Source: an uncultured archaeon (GTDB lineage Archaea; Iainarchaeota; Iainarchaeia; Iainarchaeales; GCA-2688035). From it: DNA of 64,000 bases. The position numbers and the translations under genes were made by a program. The DNA is taken from positions 32,001 to 96,000 of the forward strand of contig CAYHBD010000016.1 in the NCBI GenBank assembly GCA_964354805.1. The letters run 5' to 3'. The notes beneath the pieces are model-generated. The model was given only the letters and a program-made list of their open reading frames with translations, was not told the origin of the DNA and searched no databases. Each line of letters opens with the position of its first letter. Positions within the stretch are counted from its first letter, which is position 1. This document shows positions 63,558-64,000 of this stretch, one piece after another.

Positions 63558-64000
63558 ATGCAGGCAGCTTTTGACAAAACTGATTTAATAATCCTAAAAA
63601 GCCTGATGCACGATGGCAGGGCAAGCTTCAGCAGCATTGCGAAGGAAACGGCTTTAACCGATGTCGCAATAAAGAAGAGGGTTGAAAGCCTGCGGAGAAG
63701 GGGCATTGTCAGCAGCATTACGGCGAACCTGAACTATAAGGCCCTCGGCTTTGAAAACCCAATTTTTGTCCAAATCCGTAGCGAGATTGGAAAAAACAAG
63801 GATTTGATTAAAAAAATGGAGAACTTTGACCACATAATCGAATTATACCAAGTGCTTGGTGAATACAACTTGCTGGCAAAAATGGTTGTGAACGATTTAA
63901 GCGCAGCGGAAAAAGTGATAAGCAAACTCGGCCTGATCGACGGCGTGCTTGATGTCAAAGCGCTGGTTGTATTGAACGAACTAAAGCAGGGCAAAGTACT
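63558..64000 (+). CDS. Lrp/AsnC family transcriptional regulator (3' end off window)
   Basis: FDKTDLIILKSLMHDGRASFSSIAKE...KKRVESL..RGIV, LNYKALG, VLGEYNLL. Confidence 0.92.
   Translation, partial: MQAAFDKTDLIILKSLMHDGRASFSSIAKETALTDVAIKKRVESLRRRGIVSSITANLNYKALGFENPIFVQIRSEIGKNKDLIKKMENFDHIIELYQVLGEYNLLAKMVVNDLSAAEKVISKLGLIDGVLDVKALVVLNELKQGKV

Overview
Gene-dense archaeal chromosomal segment. Markers include RpoK, S17e, aEF-1beta, pelota, ABCE1, RFC-S, Pth2, a class I CCA enzyme and Taw3. The mix of bacterial-type metabolic genes and many class III signal-peptide pilins fits a DPANN archaeon, plausibly Iainarchaeota/Diapherotrites (inference). The window holds an ArsR-iscS-iscU operon, a membrane pyrophosphatase, nurA-herA (herA has an intein), rad50, a catalytically dead family-B polymerase derivative, tRNA-Arg(UCG), tRNA-modification genes, a large type IV pilus locus, thrS and nre with an adjacent free-standing LAGLIDADG gene. 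No CRISPR array, rRNA, transposase or integrase was seen. Four signals are not explained by the gene list. (1) A ~45-60 bp double-hairpin repeat family with about 12 units, all on the + strand, four of them inserted in-frame inside protein genes. (2) Repeated 'echoes' of gene 3' ends just downstream of the genes; in the clearest cases they differ mostly at synonymous positions, consistent with scars of allele-replacing recombination, and two bracket cargo genes. (3) A shared CGGAAGC box about 25 bp upstream of the TATA boxes of nurA-herA, rad50 and the dead PolB. (4) Two otherwise dissimilar secreted proteins with a near-identical ~40-aa C-terminal module. All calls come from manual motif reading; no database searches were run.
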